Below, one piece after another: positions 1-10,450 of a DNA stretch of 64,000 bases. Location of the stretch: contig NC_043019.1 of NCBI RefSeq assembly GCF_006345805.1, forward strand, positions 20,211,360 to 20,275,359. Reading direction: 5' to 3'. The DNA comes from Octopus sinensis (Eukaryota). Numbering within the stretch: the first letter of the stretch is position 1; each line of letters starts with the position of its first letter. The position numbers were made by a program, and so were the translations under genes. The notes below the pieces were generated by a model. It was given only the letters and a program-made list of their open reading frames with translations, did not search any database and was not told the origin of the DNA.

Positions 1-1522
1 GTGTGAGTGTGTGTGTGTGTGTGTACTGTCTCCTTGCCTTGACATCACATGATAGTCATAAGAGAGTGTCACCATCATGCAAGCGATGTCTTTTTGTTTC
101 CAATGAAAGTGTCTGGCCATGGGAAAAATATTGCCTGATTTAGAAACAGGTGTGGGTTGGGCACCGGAAGGGCATTCAGCCACAGAAAATCTGCCTCAAT
201 GAATTTCACTTGACCCATGCACTCATGGAAAATTGGACGTTAAAACAATGATGACAATTCGCATCATTGAGATATTCTGGGGGTTGTTGGACACTGTCTT
301 AGGCATGAAGCCCTCCTCTGCTTACTGTAAGAAGAGGAGAACATCAGCGAGATGAATTCTTCAACAATATCAACAAAGTAGACGTAGGTGTGGCTGTGTG
401 GTAAGAACCTTGCTTCCCAACCATAGGGTTCAGTTCCATTGCATGGCACCTTGAGCAAGTTTCTTCTACCATAGTCTGTGAGTGGATTTGGTAGATGGAA
501 ACTGAAAGAAGCCCATAGTGTGTGTGCCTATGTTTGTCCTCTACCACCACTTGACAACTGGTGTTGGTGCTTACATCTCTGAGCCTGGCACAGCCTTCCA
601 GCATCCCAGCCCAGTCAAACCGTCCAACCTATGCCAGCATGAACAACAGACGTTAAATGATGATGATGATCACTCAGCTGTCCAGCAAAAAATAAGTACT
701 GGGGTCAATACATTTGAGTAAAATATTTTTCAAGGCAGTGCTCCAGCATGGCTGCAGTCTAATGACTGAAACAAGTAAAAGATAAAGAAGAAACTAGCAG
801 CCCATTCCACATACGTGACAATCAATATGCTGGAAATAACACCTAAATCTCACTTAAATCACACCAAAGCATCTTTAAAAAAGAATACATCGAGAATTAG
901 ATTATCCTGTAACTGTGATATAATTAAGAATCATCATGGGTAGAGTGTTCTTGGGTTAAACAACAACTGCATGATTACAAAAAGCTAGTAAAGGGGCCTC
1001 TACATGGTTGCTAAACCTGCTAGAAATGGTATCCACGTCTCCCTCAAATCAGGTTATTATCTTAAAAAAAGCAGGACACATTAAATAATGAAAATCCCAA
1101 TACACAAAAAGGAGGGACGGTCATAATTGGAATGCCTTAAATAATAAGTCACTTTGATCAGGATTAACCTGGGCCTACAAAGCAACATCTGTAATAGTTA
1201 CAAGCTGGAGTATTACCTGAGATGAGAGAGATTTGGCTGCTATTTCTAGAGACTGCATAGTCTTCTTTGTTGGTTATTGTTATTTAGCCCCAGGTCAGTC
1301 CTAAAACACCAGACATATGATCACAGTCATTCCAACCCTGACTATCCAGTCTTTTTCCAAGGCTATATTATTTAATGTGTCTTTCCCAGAGAAAGTAAAA
1401 TGAAATGACTTTTGAGAGTTGTGGCTGCTATTTCTAGCAAGTGAAGTGCCACCACAGAGGCTTCACTGTTGGCTCAGTAGGTGACTGTGATACAGTGAGG
1501 TACATGGATCAAACATTTAGAC

Positions 1523-1668
1523 TAGGCATGGGCAACCTTTTCCAAAAAGTGGGCCCCATGAGATGTGGCTCACTATCAGGCAGGCCACACTACTAAAAAA
1601 ATTCAAGGTAAATTTTCATTAGGTGTGTCATTCCTAAAATCCTGCAGACTGCAGGTTGCCCATCATTG
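1523..1668. mobile_element. Old hAT-type MITE
   Basis: taggcatgggcaacc...ggttgcccatcattg. TSD degenerate. Confidence 0.55.
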
Positions 1669-1752
1669 AATTAGAAATTAATGTATGAAACAGCTTTACT
1701 GCCTTATCCTAGAAAAAGAAAGAAAAAAACTTAAACAGAACATCAAGGTGAT

Positions 1753-1790
<38 letters not shown>

Positions 1791-1883
1791 ACAAAGGGTG
1801 AAACTAATTAATTAAGAAGTAATCAGTAATTTCACCAAGTAGAATTCGGCATGAAAAGGACCATTTCATGGTAAGCTTAAGTG

Positions 1884-2158
1884 ATACTTTATAATTAGGG
1901 GGGTTCAGCAAAGATTTGCTTCACCACATACCGAAGTTTAGAAATAGCAGTCAAAAAAATCTTAGCTATTCCTTCTACTTTAAAGGGGGTTCCCAGAAAA
2001 ACCAAAGCACTTGAAAACAAGTGGTTTGTTTTCAAGTGCTTTGGTTTTTCTGGGAACCCCCTTTAAAGTAGAAGGAATAGCTAAGATTTTTTGACTGCTA
2101 TTTCTAAACTTCGGTATGTGGTGAAGCGAATCGTTGCTGAACCCTATTTATAAAGTAT
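1884..2158. repeat. Near-perfect palindrome (~137-bp arms, 5-nt loop)
   Basis: ...gcacttgaaaacaa-gtggt-ttgttttcaagtgc... The arms are reverse complements read by eye. Confidence 0.95.
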
Positions 2159-2172
2159 ATATATATATATAT

Positions 2173-2572
2173 AGGAGTGGCTGTGTGGTAAGTAGCTTGT
2201 TTACCAACCACATGGTTCCAGGTTCAGTCCCACTGCGTGGCACCTTGGGCAAGTGTCTTCTACTATAGCCTCGGGCCGACCAATGCCTTGTGAGTGGATT
2301 TGGTAGACGGAAACTGAAAGAAGCCCGTCGTATATATGTATATATATGTGTGTGTGCGTGTATGTTTGTATGTCTGTGTTTGTCCCCCCAACATCGCTTG
2401 ACAACCGATGCTGGTGTGTTTATGTCCCCGTCACTTAGCGGTTCGGCAAAAGAGACAGATTGAATAAGTACTGGGCTTACAAAGAATAAGTCCCAGGGTC
2501 GATTTGCTCGATTAAAGGTGGTGCTCCAGCATGGCCGCAGTCAAATGACTGAAACAAGTAAAAGAGTAAAAG
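2173..2572 (+). mobile_element. SINE family A (tRNA-like head, internal (TA)/(TG)n). Other copies ~385-785, 21385-21810, 30890-31305, 31335-31730, 39690-39950(-), 40265-40485(-), 46320-46690, 48420-48690, 53550-53945, 55290-55670
   Basis: Head ggagtggctgtgtggtaag...ggttcagtccc (A/B-box-like) and tail ggcggtgctccagcatggccgcagtcaaatgactgaaac(aagtaaaag)n. Probably one of the octopus OK/OR SINEs (name not verified). Confidence 0.9.
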
Positions 2573-2984
2573 AATATATATAAAACAACATAATGAAGAT
2601 GACCAAGAAAGATTTCCTGGTGATTGACACTGACCAGAAGAATCTAATGATAGTTGTGGATCAGAGGTGTTTTCAGACAAACTCTGGTCAAAGTCCAGCA
2701 TGCATTTCAGGTCATTCGATATTCTTGGTGACTTGTTACTGCTACTGTCCCATAGGTTACTGCCAACAAATGCAGCAAAGTCTCGCTTCATTCGAAAAAC
2801 ATGTGTTGGTTCCGAGGTACAATACATGGTGAGTAAACCTGAAAAGATAGAGGGTTTTTAAAAGTTTAAGGGGTTATTAACCTTTTTGTTGCATTTCTGT
2901 TGAGATACACTGTTTTAGTTTCAATTAATATCGAAAATAATGAAGAATTTGGTAAAATAGCAGTTGTTAACCCTCTGTCTTGTC

Positions 2985-4900
2985 GTGGAGGGGGCGAGGG
3001 TGGCTCGGCTCGAGGAGGCTCCAAATCTCCGAGATCTACGACGTCTAGCCTCTCAGGCCATCCGGGCCAATCGAGATGCGCACTGGCGTGCATTTGCGGG
3101 GCAGGCGGAGAGAGCAGCCGCATGCGCCAACTCATGCAAGCTTTACCAGCTAGTGAAGCAGGCCAGCCGAAGCAATCCAGGTGTCAGCGAGACGATCCGT
3201 GATCGGAACGACACGGTCATTACCAACCTCAGTGACCGGCTGGGCTGATGGCGGGATCACTTCTCCGAGCTGCTCAATCACCTGCCTCCATCTACGATGA
3301 CCGACATGCAGCCGCCTGGAGAAGAATACGGGTGCAACACAGCCCCTCCAACGGTCAAGGAGGTGCGTGGTGTCCTGAAAAAACTCCGGAACAACAAGGC
3401 CCTGGGTGAGGACAACGTCCCAGCTGAGATCTACAAGGCTGAGCCTGATGTCTTCGCAGCCTGGCTCCATCATGTCTTCTGTGCTGTGTGGGCGACGGAG
3501 CGTTTTCCTGATGACTGGAGCGAGGCAACTCATCTACCTTTCTTCAAAAAAGGTGATAGAAAGCTGTGTTCCAACTATAGAGGCATCAATGTGACTGCCA
3601 AAACCTTTGCAATCCTTCCTCTGAAGAGGTTCCAGGCCATCCGTGATGTTCGTACTCGTCCTTCTCAGGGCGGCTTCGGTCCCAGGAGAGGGTGCATTGA
3701 TCAAATCTTCAGTCTCCGGCGAGTCTGGGAACAGCGGTGGGCGCACCAACAACCTACCGTCCTCTGCTTCATTGATTTTGTGGCTGCTTTCAACTCTGTG
3801 GATCGGGAAGCCCTCTGGTGTATTATGCAGGCGGATGGTATTCCTGTGAAGCTGCTAAACCTCATACAGGGCTACTATCGTTCAACAAGGGCTCGTGTGA
3901 GGGTCTATGGCGGGGAGACAGAGTTGTTTGATGCCACTACTGGTGTTCGACAGGGTTGTGCGCTCTCACCAACCCTATTCAATTACACCATCAATTACAT
4001 TCTCAACACTGCGCTTTGTGACTACCCGGGTGTAGAGGCTGGGAGACGAGTTGTGGTGATGGACTTGGCCTACGCAGATGACATCGCGCTCTTGGGCTCT
4101 AACTGGGCAGATGTCCAAGATGCTCTCGAATGAGTGCATGCGGCAGCAGCAGCTGTTGGTCTTCGGATCAATGGTGGCAAAACCAAAGTGATGACGTCTC
4201 TGGTCGCAGCAGGTGACTGGCAGCCAATTGTTCTCGAGGGCATGGAGCTGGAGGATGTGGAGTCTTTCATCTACCTGGGTTCAATGGTGATTCCAACAGG
4301 CCAGGGCGCAGCCGCGGTCGAGCGTTGCATATGTGCTGCCAGATCTGCATTCATGCACCTCCAGTGGTGCCTATGGGACAGCTGAGAGATCTCCTCGGTG
4401 ACCAAAGGGCGAATCTATCAGGCCATCGTTCGTACTAACATCCTCTATGGTTGTGAAACATAGCCTATGAGGGTAGTCGATCAGCGAAGGCTGGAGGTGT
4501 TCGACAATGACTGTCTCCGCCGCATTGATCGGGTTCCTACGGCCAGTCTTCGTCATCGCCTGAATCTCCGGCCCCTCCCTTCGGTGCTTAAGGTGGTTCG
4601 GTCATGCGGCCCGGTGTCCAGAGGGTGAGCTGATTCGCGATGTCCTCCTCCCACCTCCACTTCCCAAATGGCACAAACGCACGGGTCGGCAGCTGAAGAC
4701 CTGGGCAACGACGATAAAGGAAGACCTCTCTGAACTCTCAGGTGGTCAGTCTGCGCAGATGGAACCGCAAATGGCTCGCTATCTCTAGTGACCTCGCACA
4801 GGACCGTCGAGCGTGGCCGCCATGGTTCGTGATGCCGTCAGGACCACAGAAGAAGCCAGCTCAACCTGCCCTGGGTGAACACCATCACAAGTACAAGTAC
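2985..4900 (+). mobile_element. 5'-truncated, defective RTE-clade LINE (RT domain)
   Basis: ORF 3297-4133 has CSNYRGI, GVRQGCALSPTLF and LAYADDIALL. Continuation after in-frame stops at ~4131 and ~4384. (CAAGTA)n tail near 4887-4900. GC-rich relative to the flanks. Confidence 0.92.
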
Positions 4901-5429
4901 AGTAGAACATCCATTTTCTCTGTTGGCATGGATTGGATAGAAAACAAATAGACATTCTGAAATAAGTTTCTATAAAACTAGTTTCTAAACATCGAAATGG
5001 CTATGGGGTCCACCAGAATAAAATATTAGTCAAAGGGAGCCATAGGTAAGAGGAAAAAAGCTTGAGAACCACCGATCTAATGTGTCTTTCGTAGGTTATG
5101 AAGGAAATCTGAGGCTGCTATTTCTAGCAAGTTCTGTGACCAAACAGAAGCTTTTTTTTTTAGTCCTTAAAGAAATCCATATTTTCAGGCAGAGGTTTAG
5201 AATACGTAGAGCAGCCGTTTTCGGCGTAACAAAACCCTAACCCTAAACAGCAGGTGTACGTATTCTTTACTTTTGCCAATTTTCAGATATAACAATAACT
5301 ATTTCGGTTTATATTGTATTTCAGAATCGTTTCGAAGACCTGTATGTAAAATAGGAAGCAACCTATTTCACTTCCATTCTTTCTCGCTTCTATCAAGAAA
5401 ATTCAACTGCTATTTCTAGAAGTTCTGTA

Positions 5430-5878
5430 AAGAATCTACTCCCTGGAGAGAAGACGGGAGAAGTATGCAGTAATATATATCTGGAAGATCCTGGAAGGAA
5501 TTGTGCCAAATTTTGGCATTGAAAGCTACACCAATGCTAGAATGGGACGACACTGCATAGTGCCAAAGATCCCAGCACGCTTCAGGACCAGCTACTGCAA
5601 CAGCCTGGGTTTCAAGGGCCCACAGCTTTTTAATATTCTCCCAAAGAGTCTGAGGAACTTGCACAAAGTAGATGTAGCGGTTTTTAAATCAAAGCTGGAT
5701 CTATTCCTGTCAAGAGTCCCAGATGAACCTACCTCACAGCAAGAGGTGCAAATGAGGGTAGCTATATCAAACTCCATTCTTCACCAAGTGCCACATATTA
5801 GAGGAGGCTCTTAGTAATAACAGTGTAGTACAAAACGGCGGTGCATCAGCATGGCCGCAGCTCTGAGCTGAAACTTTA
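5430..5878 (+). mobile_element. 3' end of a CR1/L2-group LINE
   Basis: C-terminal ORF2 peptide SLGFKGPQLFNILPKSLRN...FKSKLDLFLSRVPDEP followed by the tail ggcggtgcatcagcatggccgcagctctgagctgaaact. Confidence 0.8.
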
Positions 5879-6266
5879 AAAAAATAAAAAACCGTTTTAT
5901 CAAAGCCGTTCTAGTCGTGGTTATTACATCTTTTTTAATCCTTTCGGTCATTATACATTTAGCACTGTATCATATCTAGGCTATCTTTCGTTTCTAATGT
6001 GTCTTTCGTTCGGGAGTGATTTGGGGTTACTACTTTTCGCAAGTTCTATGACCAAACAGAAGCTGCCTCGTTGTTGTTGTTGTTTAGCCCCAAATTCACC
6101 TGGGTCCTTAAAAGAGGGCCATTCCGGCCAAAACAATTGTCATTTCGGTTTTACATTTAAATTCAGAATCGCTTCGATGACTTGTGCATAAATAAAACAG
6201 TTAACAACCTATATCGATTCCATTCCATTTCATACCAAGAAAATATGGTATAATTTAAGGAAGATT

Positions 6267-6697
6267 TGGCAATCTTTCGTCTCTAGTAGACCTTTCCGTC
6301 GATTTCCGTGAATTTTTTTTTTTTTTTTTTTACATATGGGCTTGCGGGAACTTTTGAAGTAATGAGAGCGAAAGACACTAAGAGAAAGCGATTGTATGAC
6401 GAGGGAAGTTCTTTTGAAGTTACCGTGCATGGAAAGCATTGATGTACATGTGTGTGTGTGTGTGTTTGATGGGGTGTGGGAGACAGACAGTATGTTGTGT
6501 AAGTGAAGTGCTTCTGTTAGTGTGTGTGAAGAGACAGAGTAACGTGTGAAAGAAAGAGATAACTGAAATTTTTTACTCGGTGTATGTGTATATGTATGTA
6601 TATTACTTCAAAAGTTCCCGCAAGCCCATAGGTAAAAAAAAAAAAGTTTTTTTTACGGAAATCGACGGAAAGGTCTACTAGAAACGAAAGATTGCCA
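6267..6697. repeat. Inverted repeat, ~97-bp arms, ~240-bp spacer
   Basis: tggcaatctttcg...cttttgaagtaat (6267-6363) versus attacttcaaaag...cgaaagattgcca (6602-6697). Confidence 0.93.
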
Positions 6698-6778
6698 CAA
6701 CGGCGCAACAGAAAGAAAAATTTGAAACGAGGAGAAATTTAACCAAAAATAAATAACGAAATAGATAAATAAACTTAC

Positions 6779-7060
6779 TTCCTCTCGTCCCAGAATATGG
6801 GTATATGTATATATATGTGGTGTGAGGGCGTATATCTTGTATATATATGTGGTGTGAGGGCGTATATCTTGTATATATATGTGGTGTGAGGGCGTATATC
6901 TTGTATATATATGTATATCAGAGGATTAAGGTCCTCGGGTTTGCGAGACCCGATTCTTTGGCTGAAATCTTTCACAAACAAAATTGAATTTTGACGCTAA
7001 TGATAGTTCGAGTTACTTTTTCTTGGCTGCAGTTTCGTAAATGGTAATTAGTAACGAAGT
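6779..7060 (-). other. Candidate non-coding first exon of a divergent minus-strand transcript
   Basis: Consensus donor GAA|GTAAGT at 6778-6773 on the minus strand, in a CpG-enriched stretch. Contains three copies of a ~31-bp repeat (6818-6910). No ATG ORF. Confidence 0.35.
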
Positions 7061-7205
7061 TTTAAAGATTTAATTAAGTAAGGAAATTTAAAATTATATT
7101 TAAAAAAGCTAATATGTCTGTGTTGTGGTAGTTTCTTTAGAGTTATGATAGATTTATTTAGAATTGAAATTTCATAATATTTATGTCGTTAAAAAAGCTC
7201 TGTGC

Positions 7206-7257
<52 letters not shown>

Positions 7258-7560
7258 ATGTATATGTGTGTGTGTGTGTGAGAGAGAGAGAAATTTAGAA
7301 TATTATACTGGTATTTGTAAAATTTTTATAAATAAAGATAGGTTTTTCTCCTACTTTTTTTCCGTTTTTCAATATTTACGGGGGAAAAATTATTCTGGTA
7401 GCTTTATTTTTTTTTTTGAAAGATGTAAGCGACACACCTACAACCGCGAAATGTAATGTTCCTAACATCGCTTCAGAAGATGAATTAATTTATAATTAAT
7501 AATATTCGAGTAAACATAATAAACACAAGAGTTATTAATACTTAATATAAAAAATCTGTT

Positions 7561-7690
7561 TACACGAAGAGATCCCTCGCGTTACGGAAATTCATATTAC
7601 GGAAGTTCCGCACTTACGGTAATTGTGAAGTATAACAACTAATTTCGGGATACGAACCGAAACTTCACGCCTACGGTAACTCGAGTAAAT
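7561..7690 (+). mobile_element. Probable degenerate left end of the ancestral Tigger element
   Basis: tacacgaagagatccctcgcgttacgg followed by four recurring (t/c)tacgg subterminal words, resembling Tigger/pogo termini. No matching right end was seen after the ORF. Confidence 0.4.
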
Positions 7691-7852
7691 TCTAACTATT
7701 TTGATAATAACCTAAATTACAATATAAATGTCAAAGTATTTCTTTTTTCTTGTAAGAAGTAATATATATTTCTTGTGGATTTCTTGACTGCCTCTGCTGC
7801 AGTTTGGATTTAACTTTACAAACGTATAGTGAAGCCGTTACGCTTGTTCAAG

Positions 7853-9682
7853 ATGACAGGAAAGAGACCATCAAATGAAAGCCAAAGCAGTAGTGTAAAA
7901 AGGAGTCGGAAAGGGATTACATTGGACGTTAAGCTTGATATCTTACGTAGATTTGATGCAGGAGAAAAACTAAGTCACATAGCAAAATCGTTAAAGCTTG
8001 CAGCATCTACAGTAGGAACAATACGTGACAATAAAGACAAAATTAGGAAAATTGCTCAAGCAACCACTCCTTTAACTGCCCGGACGTTGTTTTTCCATAG
8101 ATCTGATGTAATGCTGAAGATGGAACGGCTCCTGAGTGTGTGGATCAATGAACAGACCAAACACAATGTGCCAATAAGTGCTGTGGTCATTCAGGCGAAA
8201 GCAAAAACTTTGTATGAACATTTGCAGGAAAAGGAAGGTGCAGCTTCTGTTGTGAAGCCTTTCCTTGCTAGTAAAGGCTGGTTTGAAAGGTTCAAAAAAC
8301 GTTTTAAATTGCACAAAATAAAAATGAGCAATGGAGCTGACAGTATTGGCACCAATATTGATATATGTGCTAATACAGAAGACACAATGGCAAATACCGA
8401 AGATGATGTATATGACGATATAGAGGCTGATACAGAGGTTAATATAGATGATAGTACAGAGACTAATATAAAAATTCATTTAGAAGACAGTACAGAAGAT
8501 ACAAAAATTCATATAGAAGCTAATGCAGAGGCTGATATGGTAGCTAATACTAGTTATGTTGAGAAACTAAAGAAAATGATTATTGAAGGAGGCTACACAC
8601 CAGAACAAGTGTACAATGTTGATGAAACTGGACTTTTCTGGAAGCGGATGCCTACTGGGACTTTTATTTCCAATGAAGAAAAATCAGCACCAGGCTTTAA
8701 AGTTTCCAAAGATCGCCTGACACTTCTTGTGGGAGGAAATGCTGCTGGTAACATGAAATTAAAGCCCCTACTTGTGTATCACTCTGAAAATCCAAAAGCT
8801 TTCAAGGGTTATGCTAAGTCTAATCTACCTGTAATATGGCGTTCAAATAAGAAGGCTTGGATGACTACAAGCCTTTTCCAAGACTGGTTTACAAACTTTT
8901 TTTGCCCTGCTATAGAAATCTACAGTGCAAAGCGTAATATTTCCAACAAGGCATTGCTACTTTTAGACAATGCTCCAAGCCACCCTGTGAACTTAAATGA
9001 TCTTTCTGATAATGTGAGGGTGGAATTTATTCCCAAGAACACAGCTTCTTTACTCCAGCCAATGGACCAAGGTGTGGTAGCTCTCTTCAAAGCATATTAC
9101 CACAGAAGGATTTTTAAACAACTCATAAAAGCCATTGATGGTGAGGATAAAACTACAGTTAGAGACTATTGGGCAAAGTTTAACATTATGAATGCCGTGG
9201 ATAATATAGCTGAGTCATGGAATGAAATAAAACTTTCAACGATGAACAGTGTTTGGAAAAACATGTGGCCAGACTGTGTCCGTGACTTCACGGATTTTCC
9301 ACCGGTAGAAAGTCTACATCAAGTTCAGCAGGACATTGTGACACTTGCAAATAGTGCAGGGTTTGAAGAAGTCAAAGAAAATGATGTGATTGAGTTGTTG
9401 GAGTCCCATGGAGAAAGCTTGTCTAACGAGGAGCTGCTGCTGTTGGAACAAGACCGAGCTGCAGAAGAAGAAGAGGAAGATTTAGAAGCTGCCTCCACCC
9501 AGCTTCAGTTGAATGTTGATCATTTGGCTACAGGGTTGGCGCTTATACAGGAAGGTCTCCAGATCTTTGCTGATAACGACCCCAATCGTGAACGCAACAT
9601 CAAAGTTATAAGAGGAGTTCATAATGAGCTCAGATCCTACATTGAACTGTACAAAGAAAAGTTACGCCATTATTCCCAATAA
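7853..9682 (+). CDS. Tigger/pogo transposase-derived protein (TIGD1/CENP-B-like), intact 609-aa single-exon ORF
   Basis: N-terminal HTH (RKGITLDVKLDILRRFD), CENP-B HTH (FLASKGWFERFKKRF) and DDE_1 motifs YNVDETGLFWK, LLLLDNAPSHP, LLQPMDQGV, with 32 residues between D2 and D3. The ATG at 7853 is preferred over the GTG at 7829. A possible acceptor (..aaacgtatag) ends at 7829. Confidence 0.93.
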   Translation: MTGKRPSNESQSSSVKRSRKGITLDVKLDILRRFDAGEKLSHIAKSLKLAASTVGTIRDNKDKIRKIAQATTPLTARTLFFHRSDVMLKMERLLSVWINEQTKHNVPISAVVIQAKAKTLYEHLQEKEGAASVVKPFLASKGWFERFKKRFKLHKIKMSNGADSIGTNIDICANTEDTMANTEDDVYDDIEADTEVNIDDSTETNIKIHLEDSTEDTKIHIEANAEADMVANTSYVEKLKKMIIEGGYTPEQVYNVDETGLFWKRMPTGTFISNEEKSAPGFKVSKDRLTLLVGGNAAGNMKLKPLLVYHSENPKAFKGYAKSNLPVIWRSNKKAWMTTSLFQDWFTNFFCPAIEIYSAKRNISNKALLLLDNAPSHPVNLNDLSDNVRVEFIPKNTASLLQPMDQGVVALFKAYYHRRIFKQLIKAIDGEDKTTVRDYWAKFNIMNAVDNIAESWNEIKLSTMNSVWKNMWPDCVRDFTDFPPVESLHQVQQDIVTLANSAGFEEVKENDVIELLESHGESLSNEELLLLEQDRAAEEEEEDLEAASTQLQLNVDHLATGLALIQEGLQIFADNDPNRERNIKVIRGVHNELRSYIELYKEKLRHYSQ

Positions 9683-10216
9683 CTTCCATTGCATCATCTT
9701 CTACCATGCAGCAGCAAAAATTTTTTCTGGTGAGTACATCTAACAGTTATGCCTATTTGTTGTCCTCCTCATTCTTTACTGTAGTCACACTCAATGTAGT
9801 CACACTCAATGAGATTAATCTTGTGAGTTGCATGGTTTGATGTTGTTTGTTCCTTCTCAAGCCATGCCTGGCTCATAAACGCCGGTTTCTCGGTTTCTTG
9901 GCGTATAGGTTCCCCACCTGGACAGGACGCCGGTCCGTCACAGGTGAGCTGCAAGATGCAGGAGGAAAGAGTGAGAGAAAGAGTTGTGGCGAAAGAGTCA
10001 GCAGAAGTTTCGCCATTACCTTCTGCTGGAGCCGCGTGGAGCTTAGGTGTTTCGCTCATAAACACACACATCGTCCGGTCTGAGATTCGAACCCGTGGTC
10101 CCTCGACTGCGAGTCCGCTGCTCTAACCACTAGGCCATGTGCCTCCACACAGTTGCATGGTGACCTCATTAGTACTGGTGCCTTGAATAAAACAGCATCC
10201 AGTATATAATGTATAA

Positions 10217-10450
10217 TGGCAGCGAGCTGGCAGAATCGTTAGCATGCCAGACAAACTGCTTAGCGGTATTTCGTCTGCCGTTATGTTCTGAGTTCAAATT
10301 CCGCCAAGGTCGACTTTGCCTTTCATCCTTTCAGGGTCGATAAATTAAGTACCAGTTACGCACTGGGGTCGATGTAATCGACTTAATCCGTTTGTCTGTC
10401 CTTGTTTGTCCCCTCTGTGTTTAGCCCCTTGTGGGTAGTTAAGAAATAGG
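10217..10450 (+). mobile_element. SINE family B. Other copies ~12540-12757(-), 14985-15220(-), 27690-27940(- dimer), 35788-36386(+ trimer), 54780-54945(-)
   Basis: Head ggcgagctggcagaatcgttagc, B box gagttcaaattcc, central ggtcgactttgcctttcatcctttcggggtcgataaattaagtacc (resembles the conserved Sauria-SINE-type central domain). Confidence 0.9.

Noticed and set aside
250-365. Possible minus-strand exon after ttctcctcttcttacag
   Set aside because: The acceptor-like site is plausible, but there is no donor and no recognisable peptide. It cannot be supported without transcripts.
2593-2832. Possible coding exon ending at ATG|GTGAGT (2829)
   Set aside because: No recognisable domain, no clear acceptor or partner exons. 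Left unannotated.
8072-8479. Antisense ORFs overlapping the Tigger gene
   Set aside because: Shadow frames of the real ORF, without domain features.
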